Part shown: positions 20,682-29,631 of the stretch, in pieces
How positions within the stretch are numbered: the stretch's first letter is position 1
Layout: the number at the start of each line of letters is the position of its first letter
NCBI GenBank assembly: GCA_963741955.1
Contig: CAVUKB010000007.1
Coordinates: 928,001-992,000, forward strand
DNA length: 64,000 nucleotides
Source of the DNA: an uncultured Acidobacteriota bacterium
GTDB lineage: Bacteria; Acidobacteriota; Thermoanaerobaculia; Gp7-AA8
Direction: 5' to 3'
Program-made: the position numbers and the translations under genes
The notes under the pieces: generated by a model
Told to the model about the DNA's origin: nothing
Databases searched by the model: none
Seen by the model: only the letters and a program-made list of their open reading frames with translations

Positions 20682-21418
20682 TGCGGGGAGTCGGATTCTC
20701 GACCGGGGCTCTCGCGAAAGGCGACTTCGCGAAAGGAGTATCGCTTCAGAATGCGCGTCCCGAACTTCGCGCGATCGAACTGTCCGCTCTGCGAGAGCAC
20801 GAGCTTCCGCAGCTGGCCCTGGGCTTCAGGAATCTCGATCTCACGCGCGCCACGTATATTTCGATCCACGCTCCGAGCAAGCTGCGCGAGTTTTCCGAAC
20901 ACCGGGTCCTGGAGCTCCTTTCCGATCTCCCGGCGAAGTGGCCCATCATCGTCCATCCCGAGATTGTCGAGACACCGGAGCTCTGGCGCACGCTCGGAAG
21001 CCGCCTCTGCCTCGAGAACATGGACAACCGGAAACCGAACGGCCGAACGCTGGAAGAGGTTCGGCAACTCCTCTCCGAGTTCCCGGAGGCATCGTTCTGC
21101 CTCGACCTCGGACACGCCCGTCAGATCGATCCAACCATGGCCACTGCAATGCGGATGGCGCTCGAGTTCGGCGACCGACTCAGGCAGATCCACGTGAGTG
21201 AAGTCGGTCTCCGGGGCGAACATCTTCCGCTCGGCGCGCTGGCGATCTATGCGTTTCAGCTGGTCGCGCCGTTGCTCCCAGCCGAATGCCCGGTGATCAT
21301 CGAATCGGTGGTTCCGGAGGCGGCAATTGAGAGTGAGATCCGGAAGATCCTGGCGCTTTTCGGCAGAGAAGGCGGGTCGAACTGGTCCCTCGAAGAGGCC
21401 GCAGCCCTCGCGAGTTGA
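20681..21418 (+). CDS. Metal-dependent TIM-barrel protein (AP endonuclease 2 / xylose isomerase-like)
   Basis: IELSA, SIHAP, IVHP, CLENMD, CLDLGH, QIHVSE, IIES; TGATG coupling to the NTase gene. Confidence 0.7.
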   Translation: MRGVGFSTGALAKGDFAKGVSLQNARPELRAIELSALREHELPQLALGFRNLDLTRATYISIHAPSKLREFSEHRVLELLSDLPAKWPIIVHPEIVETPELWRTLGSRLCLENMDNRKPNGRTLEEVRQLLSEFPEASFCLDLGHARQIDPTMATAMRMALEFGDRLRQIHVSEVGLRGEHLPLGALAIYAFQLVAPLLPAECPVIIESVVPEAAIESEIRKILALFGREGGSNWSLEEAAALAS

Positions 21419-21506
21419 TTCTCCCGAGATCGCGCCGTCCGCGGAGGCTGCTTTAAACTTTGGTCGCCCGGACGCTCAGGTCGAGCGACCTCGAATTGAT
21501 ACCTTC

Positions 21507-21689
21507 GACGTCGACTCGTTCCGCCCGCTCGATCGCCTCGCGTTCGAAGGGAAGCGCACCAAGGGACAGGTCGAGCTCGACACCGGAGCGGTGGCGCATC
21601 AGAAGGACATGCGTGCGGCGGGAAAACTCGATGGCGTCGCTAAAACGAAGCCGAAGCGGGCGCCGGTCTCGATCAGAGACTCAGCGTCG
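21507..21689 (-). pseudogene. Internal duplicate fragment of the nucleotidyltransferase gene at 23172-23744
   Basis: Near identical to 23394-23583, with a 7-bp deletion (TGCGGGG). Confidence 0.85.
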
Positions 21690-21889
21690 CGCTCGCCGCG
21701 ATTTTCGCGAGAGGCAACAGAGACATATATCTCGCGCCCGTGCTCCCAGTTCGCCCTCATCGGCGACTGGATGGTCTTGACCGACGACGCTTCGCTCCTT
21801 CTGTGCGGAGCCTTCGTGGGGAACTCAAGCGAAGAAGGGTCGGGAATGATGAAGCCTGCACCTCGGTGCAACGGCGAAGGCGCGAGCTT

Positions 21890-22501
21890 TCACCAGCCCG
21901 TAGGTTTGTGGATCGCGCCGTTCGCGTCTTCGAGGATGGTAGGAAGCTGCGAGTCGGTCAGCGCCCATTTGCGGACGTCCTTCACGAAGCTTGCGCAGTT
22001 CCGCAATGCGACCGACTGCCTCCGGTGGGGATTGATCACCCCGACCGCCTTCGCGAGATGCTTGCGCACCGCACGAACAGGTGCGACGAGATCAGAATCG
22101 TTCGAAACGATCGCGGCCACGTCGAAGTTGTCCAGGAATCCATCGACGAGGAGCTCCGTCGCGAGATTCACGTCGGAGCCCTTCTCCTTCATGTCAATCA
22201 CCTCGACGGTTCCCTTGCCGCTGGCCAGCGGCCGGCGAACGGGATGGGACTGGAACGACCCGAGAAAGACGTCGATCTCCGGCACGGTGGCGAGTGCGCG
22301 GAGGTAGGTTTGCTGTCGGACTTGCTTGATGGAGTCGGAGGAGGACGGCTTAACCATCGCGGTGAAGTACTTCACTCGCACGACCTCGTTCTTCGGGAGC
22401 ATCGCCTGAGCGAAGCGAAAGAGGTTGAGCCAGCGGTACGGCGTTCCCTTGATGCAGCCGTAGTAGAAGTTGAAACCATCGATGTAGCAGATCGTCTTCA
22501 T
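21890..22501 (-). CDS. NYN domain (LabA/DUF88, PIN-like) protein
   Basis: YIDGFNFYYG, KYFTA, EKGSDVNLA, SNDSDL, KP..W C-terminus. Confidence 0.9.
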   Translation of the reverse strand: MKTICYIDGFNFYYGCIKGTPYRWLNLFRFAQAMLPKNEVVRVKYFTAMVKPSSSDSIKQVRQQTYLRALATVPEIDVFLGSFQSHPVRRPLASGKGTVEVIDMKEKGSDVNLATELLVDGFLDNFDVAAIVSNDSDLVAPVRAVRKHLAKAVGVINPHRRQSVALRNCASFVKDVRKWALTDSQLPTILEDANGAIHKPTGW

Positions 22502-22680
22502 GGCCGGAAAAAAGCAGAGGCCGCCGTGAGGCGGCCCCGCGCCCTCCGCCGAAGCAGGAGGGGTGATTGGCCAGATGATATGCCCTTGTCCTATCGGGGT
22601 CAACGCCGTCGGGGGCATTCTCGCGTCCTCGTTGCATCTTCGGGGGGCCCATGACAGCCCTGAGAAGGAGTGGGTGACGA

Positions 22681-22840
22681 ATGGACCTTTCTCATCGCGG
22701 ACACCTTCACCGGTAGCCTGACGTCCCGCAACGGCGACGAGCAGAAAGCGGTGAAGACCACTGCGGTCGATCTGCAGATCGATCGGTGAATCCGGGGATG
22801 CAGTTCCATCGGTTGAGCAAGCCGAAGAATCCGAATTTCA
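22681..22840 (+). pseudogene. Frameshifted N-terminal remnant of a UvrD-like helicase family gene
   Basis: Across frameshifts reads IADTFTGSL..GDEQKAVKTTAVDLQ..NPGMQFHRL.K.K.PNF, recalled as the N-terminus of a UvrD-type family; RBS AAGGAG. Confidence 0.55.
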
Positions 22841-23171
22841 AACTGCGGGGAAATGGGGCCAGGCCTTCGCCTGTCGGTTCGTCCCCCTATGCCGCTGTCG
22901 TAGCGGCACTTCGGTTGTGCTGTATCGGCGCGGAGTGTCCTCCATGGTCGTCCGGAATGGTCGTCTGAGACTGCCAGAGGCGGCGTGTTCACTCGGGACC
23001 TGTTCCACGAGGATCAGGACCCTCGGCATTTCGCGAAATCAGAGGGACCCTCGATCGGCTCGCACGGCCACTTCGACTCGAGTTTCGCGGAGCGGTGTAC
23101 CTCGTCACCCGGCGCGGCTACGAGCCGTTTCAATTCGCGGAGAAGTCGTCTTCGTGCAGGAGAGATCAGCT

Positions 23172-23744
23172 TCAGTGCTTGCGTCGCTTCAGGAGATTCT
23201 GCAGCTCGTCGAAGATCTCAGGCATCTCCAGCACGGCAGAGAACTGGCGAACCCAGCCGCGGATTCGATCGAGATCGAGATCACTGTGACTGTCGACCAT
23301 GCCGGCAATGTCGGCGATGTCCTGCGGGCGGCGGGCCAGTGCCTTCATGATGATGAGGTCTTCGGCCGAGGCGATGGAGATCTCGAGTCCGCGGACGTCG
23401 ACTCGTTCCGCCCGCTCGATCGCCTCGCGTTCGAAGGGAAGCGCGCCAAGGGACAGGTCGAGCTCGACACCGGAGCGGTGGCGCATCAGAAGGACATGCG
23501 TGCGGCGGGAAAACTCGATGGCGTCGCTAATGCGGGGAACGAAGCCGAAGCGGGCGCCGGTCTCGATCAGAGACTCAGCGTCGGCACCGATCACCACCGC
23601 GTCGACGTCCTCGGTCAATCGCGGCTGGCCCTGAAGCCCCGCGGCGACGCCGCCGATGATCGTCGCCTCGAGGCCTTCACCATCGATCCAGCGCATCAGG
23701 TCGGCGAGCGTTGCACGAAGAGGATCAATGGAATCGTCCGTCAC
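23172..23744 (-). CDS. Nucleotidyltransferase (DUF6036/AbiEii-like), putative toxin-antitoxin component
   Basis: IIGGVA..LQGQPRLTEDVD, EDLIIMK..A.RPQD..DI. Confidence 0.8.
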   Translation of the reverse strand: MTDDSIDPLRATLADLMRWIDGEGLEATIIGGVAAGLQGQPRLTEDVDAVVIGADAESLIETGARFGFVPRISDAIEFSRRTHVLLMRHRSGVELDLSLGALPFEREAIERAERVDVRGLEISIASAEDLIIMKALARRPQDIADIAGMVDSHSDLDLDRIRGWVRQFSAVLEMPEIFDELQNLLKRRKH

Positions 23745-23971
23745 AGTTTTTCCATTCGGGACCGCAACTGACGCCAGATCTCGCGGACCCTTCGATCACC
23801 CTCGGCACGACGAGAGAGATCGAACAACGACGCCGACCTCATCAGCCGTCCGATTCGCGACAACTTCTCTTCCGGCGTCATCGTCGCCACCGAGCGCTTC
23901 TGGCGAGCATTGGCCGCCTCGAGGCCCTCGAGCCACGTGACCAGCTCCTCGCGATCGACTGGCGGCTGCAT
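23741..23971 (-). CDS. Small partner protein of the NTase (putative antitoxin)
   Basis: MTPEEKL motif, ATGA overlap with the NTase gene. Confidence 0.6.
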   Translation of the reverse strand: MQPPVDREELVTWLEGLEAANARQKRSVATMTPEEKLSRIGRLMRSASLFDLSRRAEGDRRVREIWRQLRSRMEKL

Positions 23972-24030
23972 CGGGTGAGTTTATCACCCGGAGAACCCCA
24001 GGGTCCTTCGGACAACCGGAGACACCCTAG

Positions 24031-24189
24031 GAGTCTGCGCGGTAGAAACGTCCGTAGCGAGAAAGCGGAGCAGCGAGGCCAAATTCGTTCGGATTTGAGG
24101 TGCGTAGCGGTGGCTACTCGCCGAAAATCCGGACGGATTTGGACCGCTGATCCGTTTTCGCAGCAGGACAGTTTCTATCGCGCAGACTC
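24031..24189. mobile_element. 159-bp MITE with IS1182-type ends
   Basis: TIRs GAGTCTGCGCGGTAGAAAC / GTTTCTATCGCGCAGACTC flanked by CTAG duplications; same ends as the IS at 29632-31222. Confidence 0.85.
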
Positions 24190-24552
24190 CTAGGCCGACG
24201 CGGAAAAATGGGGCCCGGACTACGGGGAAATCGGGCCAGGCCTTCGCCTGTCGGTTCTTCGATCCGATCGAACGCCCTGCGGAGACGCTCACTTGAACCG
24301 CAGGGGAGGGCATCGGCACATCAACTCCCGGAGACTCAGGTCACGAAATCACAGTTCGGCGAGGTGGCTTTCAGGAGAGCGTCAAGCTTCTCGACGGTCG
24401 GAACGGCGTCACCGCGCTCACAGCGGGCGTACGCGTTCCGCGACGAGGCACCGAGCCGCGAGGCGATCTCACGAAGGGATCGTCCGCTCGCGCGCGCGAC
24501 ATCGGCTCCCTACACGCCACCGGCAACGAACGACACCGCGTCTCATCATCCA

Positions 24553-24578
24553 TTGACACCTGACCTGTCACATGTCAA
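24553..24578 (+). promoter_or_regulatory. -35 box and palindromic operator of the Phd-VapC operon
   Basis: TTGACA...TGACCTGTCA...TGTCAA nested inverted repeat just upstream of the ATG. Confidence 0.55.
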
Positions 24579-24588
24579 GCTCATTGTC

Positions 24589-24852
24589 ATGAAGACGATC
24601 AACGCCCTCGAGATGCGTCAATCCCTCGGGAAGGTGCTGCGACAGCTCGAGAAGGGCTCCGGACCGGTGCTCGTGGAACAGCGGCGGCACCCGGTGGCGG
24701 TGCTCATCAGCCTCGAGGACTATCAGAAACGCTTCGCCGATCGCGACGCGGACGAGAAGAGAAAAGAGATCGTCGCGAGGATCCGCGAGTTGAAATTCAA
24801 GGCTCCCGCCGGAGAGACGACGCTCGATCTGCTGAGGAACATCCGGTCGTGA
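24589..24852 (+). CDS. Phd/YefM-family antitoxin
   Basis: MKTINALEMRQSLGKVL...PVAVLISLEDY. Confidence 0.85.
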   Translation: MKTINALEMRQSLGKVLRQLEKGSGPVLVEQRRHPVAVLISLEDYQKRFADRDADEKRKEIVARIRELKFKAPAGETTLDLLRNIRS

Positions 24853-25253
24853 TCGTTCTGGATGCCTCCGTCGCGCTGAAGTGGTTCGCGCCGGACGAGC
24901 CGCTCGCGGCAGCGGCGTCGAGAGTTCTCGACGAAGTGGAACGAGCGCCGCAGCAGTTCCTGGTTCCCGACATTTTCATGGCTGAATGTCTCGCGGTCCT
25001 CTGTCGGATGCGCGGCGCCACTGCCGAAAAGGTGCAGGAGGCCGTCGAGCTTCTCGAGTCCCTGGGAATGTCCCACATCCCGGTCGGACACGAGGTGCTG
25101 CAGCTCGCTGCTCGCTATGCGCTGGAATGGAAGTTGTCGGGATATGACGCGATCTACGTTGCTCTCGCATCGCTGAGTGGCGCCACCTGGCTCACCGCCG
25201 ACCAGCGCGCCGCGCGGCGCGTGAAGGTGAACGTTCTGGCGCGGGTGCTCTGA
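24849..25253 (+). CDS. vapC: VapC PIN-domain toxin
   Basis: IVLDASVALKW, YDAIYVALA, LTAD; GTGA overlap. Confidence 0.9.
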   Translation: MIVLDASVALKWFAPDEPLAAAASRVLDEVERAPQQFLVPDIFMAECLAVLCRMRGATAEKVQEAVELLESLGMSHIPVGHEVLQLAARYALEWKLSGYDAIYVALASLSGATWLTADQRAARRVKVNVLARVL

Positions 25254-25275
25254 CAACGACGCGAGAACCTCGTAC

Positions 25276-25343
25276 GAGCCGAGCCCAGCCCCGAGCCTCG
25301 AGCCCCGAGCCCCGAGCCTCGAGCCCCGAGCCTCGAGCCTCCC
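25276..25343. repeat. Heptamer tandem repeat (CGAGCCC/CGAGCCT) between convergent genes
   Basis: About 8 imperfect copies visible. Confidence 0.8.
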
Positions 25344-25347
25344 GCCT

Positions 25348-25824
25348 CTACCTCTCCGACGCCATCTTCCTGAAGAACTCCTCGGCCCGCTTGTTCGTCT
25401 CCGCGTCCGTCAGGTCCTCTTTCCGCGTGGCGATCCACCAGACGTACCCCTCCGGGTCGGCGACGGCGCCGGCGCGGTCGCCCCAGAACTGGTCGTCGAT
25501 CGGCATCTGCACCTTCGCTCCTGCGCCGACGGCGCGCGCGAAGAGGGTGTCGCTGTCGTTGACGAAGAGCCACAACCCGGCCGCCGAGCCGCCGAAGCTC
25601 TTCGGCCCCTTGCTGCCACCCATGGCGTCGTTGACCATGAACCTCGAGTCGCCGATCTTCAGCTCGGCATGCATGATCTTCCCGTCCGGACCGACGCTGC
25701 GGCTGATCTCCTCCGCGCCGAGCGCCTTCCGGTACCACTCGATCGTCCCTGCGGCATCGTCGAGCGTCAGTTGCGGCGTGATGGTGTGATACCCCTCGGG
25801 GACTGGGCGCGCTGCCTTGGCCAT
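25348..25824 (-). CDS. VOC/PhnB-like glyoxalase family protein
   Basis: PEGYHTITP.L, IMHAELKIGDS, DQFWGDR, DPEG..W. Confidence 0.9.
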   Translation of the reverse strand: MAKAARPVPEGYHTITPQLTLDDAAGTIEWYRKALGAEEISRSVGPDGKIMHAELKIGDSRFMVNDAMGGSKGPKSFGGSAAGLWLFVNDSDTLFARAVGAGAKVQMPIDDQFWGDRAGAVADPEGYVWWIATRKEDLTDAETNKRAEEFFRKMASER

Positions 25825-25951
25825 CGAAACTCCTCCCGCAGCGCGGTCATGCAAGTCGAATGCACGAGCTCGTGAGCGCATCGGGAAAAGTTGCCAGGAG
25901 AACCGCGGAAGGCAATATCGTGATGGGTGGAGCCGTTACTGGCACTTGCTA

Positions 25952-25979
25952 TTGACATGATAACCCCAGAGGTTAATAT
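25952..25979 (+). promoter_or_regulatory. higBA promoter with inverted-repeat operator
   Basis: TTGACA-16 nt-TAATAT enclosing TAACC-N5-GGTTA. Confidence 0.6.
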
Positions 25980-25991
25980 GCCTGATCTCGA

Positions 25992-26330
25992 GTGGACTTA
26001 TCATTCAAGAACACGGCCCTTCGGAACCTGTGTGACAGCGACAAGCTGCTGCAGAAGCGCTTTGGAGCCGAAGGCATGAAGAAGATCAGGCAGCGGCTCG
26101 ACGAGTTCAACGCTGCGGAGAATCTCGCTGTGATCGGACTGCTCCCTGGCCCGCGATGCGAGGAACTGAAAGGCAGCCGGACGGGGCAACTCTCGGTCCG
26201 CGCGCACGGAGGCTTTCGCATCATCTTCCGCCCGGCGCAGGAGCCGCCGCCGACCAAACCCGATGGAGGGCTGGACTGGAAGTCGGTCACAGCGCTCCAC
26301 GTACTTTCGATCGAGGACTACCATGACTGA
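25992..26330 (+). CDS. higB: HigB-like (RelE superfamily) toxin
   Basis: RCEELKG.R.GQLSV...FRIIF.P...DGGLDW..V.....IEDYH. Confidence 0.8.
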   Translation: MDLSFKNTALRNLCDSDKLLQKRFGAEGMKKIRQRLDEFNAAENLAVIGLLPGPRCEELKGSRTGQLSVRAHGGFRIIFRPAQEPPPTKPDGGLDWKSVTALHVLSIEDYHD

Positions 26331-27414
26331 TTTCCCCAGGACCCAGTACGCCCCCTCGCGGGTCTCCCCGCCGGGAGACACACTCGCCGAGACGTTGGAG
26401 GAGATCGGGATGTCTCAGGCGGAGCTCGCACGCCGGATGGGGCGGCCCACGAAGACGATCAATGAGATCGTCCAGGCGAAGACGGCCATCCTCCCGGAGA
26501 CGGCATTCCAGCTGGAGACAGTACTCGGCATTCCGGCGTCATTCTGGCTGGCACGCGAAACGGCATACCGGACCTGGCTCGCCCAGGAGGCGCGCGACAC
26601 TGCGGATATCGCGCCCGAGACGGTCGAGTGGGCTGGCCGGTTCCCTTGCAAGGAAATGGCGAAACGAGGCTGGATCGAAACGCGCGCGAAGAAGATCGAC
26701 TACGTTCAAGGCCTCTTCTCGTTCTTTGGTGTCGCGTCCGTTTCCGCCTGGGAGGCCACCTGGAACCGGCCGGAAGTCGCTTTCCGCCGGTCACTGACGA
26801 AGGAGGGCAACCGGTTCGCAGTTTCGGCCTGGCTTCGCAGGGGTGAAATCGAGGCAGCGAGCGAGAAGGCAGCGCCGTATGACGCGACCGCCTTTCGGAA
26901 CGCGCTCGAGTACTGCCGCACGTTGACTACGGCGGAGCCGGAGCTGTTCCGCTCGGAAATCGAGAAGGCGTGTGCCAGTTCCGGAGTCACAGTTCTGTTC
27001 GTGCGCGAACTTCCGAGCGCATCCGTCTCCGGCGCTGCACGCTGGCTCACGACGAAGCGGGCGCTGATCCAGCTCACATTGCGCTTCAAGACCGATGACC
27101 AACTCTGGTTCTCGTTTTTCCATGAAGCTGCACACGTCCTGCTGCACCCGAAGAAGGGCATCTTCGTCGACAACGGGCAGGGAACTTCCACGCAGGAAAA
27201 AGAAGCGGATGCGTTCGCGGGCAATATGCTGATTCCAGATGACGCGTTCGACGAGTTCACGCACGTCCGTCCAGTCTCGGCGCAGCGCGTTGAGGCGTTC
27301 GCCGCGAAGCAAGGCATCGCGCCCGGCATCGTCGTTGGGCGCCTCCAGCATGAGCACATCCTCCCCTTCAATCAGCTGAATCACTTGAAGCGGCGGCTGG
27401 CATGGACGGACTGA
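26323..27414 (+). CDS. higA: HigA HTH antitoxin fused to an ImmA/IrrE metallopeptidase domain
   Basis: PPGDTL.E.LE..GMSQAELA; WFSFFHEAAHVLLH, EKEADAFA. Confidence 0.85.
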   Translation: MTDFPRTQYAPSRVSPPGDTLAETLEEIGMSQAELARRMGRPTKTINEIVQAKTAILPETAFQLETVLGIPASFWLARETAYRTWLAQEARDTADIAPETVEWAGRFPCKEMAKRGWIETRAKKIDYVQGLFSFFGVASVSAWEATWNRPEVAFRRSLTKEGNRFAVSAWLRRGEIEAASEKAAPYDATAFRNALEYCRTLTTAEPELFRSEIEKACASSGVTVLFVRELPSASVSGAARWLTTKRALIQLTLRFKTDDQLWFSFFHEAAHVLLHPKKGIFVDNGQGTSTQEKEADAFAGNMLIPDDAFDEFTHVRPVSAQRVEAFAAKQGIAPGIVVGRLQHEHILPFNQLNHLKRRLAWTD

Positions 27415-27591
27415 CCGGCGTCTGCGCACGCTTTTTCGGGATTTCCGAAGCGGAGCTCTGACCCTCGCCTTCCCCCTGACCCTCGCCTTCACTCGCTTTC
27501 ACCTGCCTGAGCCGGCGGACGAAAGCCATAGCCACATACCACCTCCGACCGCCCCCGCCCGGCCCGGCGTTTGCGTGAGATGATGGAGCGT

Positions 27592-29547
27592 ATGGCATCG
27601 ACCTCACCGTTCTCCGCCCTCGGCCTTTCCGACTCGATCGTGAAGACGCTCGAGGCCCTCGGCTACGAATCGCCGACACCGATTCAGGAAAAGACCATTC
27701 CGCTCCTTCTCGCGGGCCGTGACGTCATCGGACAGGCCCAGACCGGCACCGGGAAGACTGCAGCGTTCGCCCTCCCCATCCTCCAGAAGATCGACCCTTC
27801 GCGACGGGAGACCCAGGCGCTCGTGCTCACGCCGACGCGCGAGCTGGCCATGCAGGTCGCCGAGGCCGTTCATTCGTATGCGCACGGGATGCCGGAAGTG
27901 TCGGTTGTCCCGGTCTACGGCGGAGCACCCATCGTGCACCAGCTCAAGCGGCTCCAGCGCGGCGTCCAGATCGTCGTCGGTACGCCGGGGCGGCTCATCG
28001 ACCACCTCGATCGCGGCTCGCTGAAACTCGACTCGATCCGCCTGCTCGTCCTGGACGAGGCAGACGAGATGTTGAAGATGGGCTTTATCGACGATGTCGA
28101 GCGGATCCTCAGCGCGACTCCGCCGTCGCGACAGGTCGCGCTCTTCTCCGCCACCATGCCTGCGGCGGTGGTGCGCATCGCCCAGCGTCACATGCCCGAA
28201 TCCGAGCGAGTCGAGATCGAGCACAAGTCCGTGACCGCGCCGGACATCGAGCAGCGCTTTCTGAACGTCTCGGAAGGGCAGAAGCTCGACGTGCTGACGC
28301 AGATCCTGGAGATCGAAGAGAGCGAGGCCACGCTCGTCTTCCGGCGCACGAAGAACGGTGCCGCCGAGCTGGCGGAGAAGCTGGAGGCTCGCGGCTTTCC
28401 CGCCGAGGCCATGCACGGCGACATGAAGCAGGGGGAGCGCGAGAGCGTGATCCGGAGGCTGCGGGCCGGCACGGTCGAGATCGTGGTGGCGACGGATGTG
28501 GCCGCGCGCGGTCTCGACGTCGAGCAGATCGAGCACGTCGTCAACTACGACATCCCGTACGACGTCGAAGCGTACGTGCATCGCATCGGCCGCACCGGAC
28601 GAGCCGGGCGCAGCGGCATGGCCACGCTGTTCATCACGCCGCGCGAGCGGAAGATGATGCGCGAGATCGAGCGCTTCACCAGGACGCCGATCAAGCCGAT
28701 GAAGATGCCGACCGTGGCCGACGTGGCCGAGCGCAGGGTGGCGGCGCTGAAGGAAACGATGCGCGCGTCGATCCGGGAGGGCGATCTCGATCTCTACGTG
28801 CAGTTCGTGGAACAGCTCGCGGAAGAAGGTCCGTACGATCTGGCCGAAGTCGCGGCGGCCGCGGCGAAGCTGGCGGCGACGGCGCGGCCGATCGCCGAGC
28901 AGCAGAAGTCCGTGCCTGGCCTCTCAGCGGAGACGCCCGTCGCGGAGACATCCCCGGGCGCGCGAGGCGGCGGCGGTCATCGGCGCGAGCGCCCGCCGGC
29001 CTTCCGAAGCGAGCGAGGCCCGGCGCCGCGCGGCGAGCGAGCTCCCACCCGTCGTGGCGCGGAGGGGCGGGTGCGGCTGGTGATGGCGGTCGGCAATCGG
29101 GACGGCATCCGACCGGCGGACGTGGTGGGGTCGATTGCGAACGAGGCGGACGTGCCGGGACGCGACATCGGACCGATCGAGATCCGGGATGAGGTCACAT
29201 TCGTCACCGTACCGGAGCATCGGGCCGAACAGATCCTGGAGCGGCTGGCCGGAGCGCGCTTCCGCGGACAGCCGGTGAACCTCCGTCCCGCGGCCGGCGA
29301 GGACGAGAACGCGCCCGCTCCGCGACCGCGCCGTTTCGCGGAAGACCGTCCGGAGGGGCGGCCGCCCCGGAAGCCGTTTCGCCCGGGAGCGCCGCGCCAC
29401 GAGCGAGGAGCCTCCGAACGAGCCGGCGGCGCGCGAAAAAAGCCGTTCCGCCCCGGCGCACCCGGCGGAAGTCCCGGCCGCGCGAAGCGCGACGAGACCC
29501 CGCGCCGCCCGCCACCGCCCGGCGGCAAAGGCAGCCGGCGCAAATAG
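27592..29547 (+). CDS. deaD: DEAD-box RNA helicase DeaD/CsdA
   Basis: Q motif, AQTGTGKT, PTRELA, DEAD, SAT, HRIGRTGRAG, DbpA-type RNA-binding domain, basic tail. Confidence 0.92.
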   Translation: MASTSPFSALGLSDSIVKTLEALGYESPTPIQEKTIPLLLAGRDVIGQAQTGTGKTAAFALPILQKIDPSRRETQALVLTPTRELAMQVAEAVHSYAHGMPEVSVVPVYGGAPIVHQLKRLQRGVQIVVGTPGRLIDHLDRGSLKLDSIRLLVLDEADEMLKMGFIDDVERILSATPPSRQVALFSATMPAAVVRIAQRHMPESERVEIEHKSVTAPDIEQRFLNVSEGQKLDVLTQILEIEESEATLVFRRTKNGAAELAEKLEARGFPAEAMHGDMKQGERESVIRRLRAGTVEIVVATDVAARGLDVEQIEHVVNYDIPYDVEAYVHRIGRTGRAGRSGMATLFITPRERKMMREIERFTRTPIKPMKMPTVADVAERRVAALKETMRASIREGDLDLYVQFVEQLAEEGPYDLAEVAAAAAKLAATARPIAEQQKSVPGLSAETPVAETSPGARGGGGHRRERPPAFRSERGPAPRGERAPTRRGAEGRVRLVMAVGNRDGIRPADVVGSIANEADVPGRDIGPIEIRDEVTFVTVPEHRAEQILERLAGARFRGQPVNLRPAAGEDENAPAPRPRRFAEDRPEGRPPRKPFRPGAPRHERGASERAGGARKKPFRPGAPGGSPGRAKRDETPRRPPPPGGKGSRRK

Positions 29548-29631
29548 CATGCTTCCCAACAGCCGGCGCGCTCACCGATGCGCCGATGAAGGAGAACGTG
29601 CCGATTCTCGTCCGTTCGATTCGGGAGCTAG

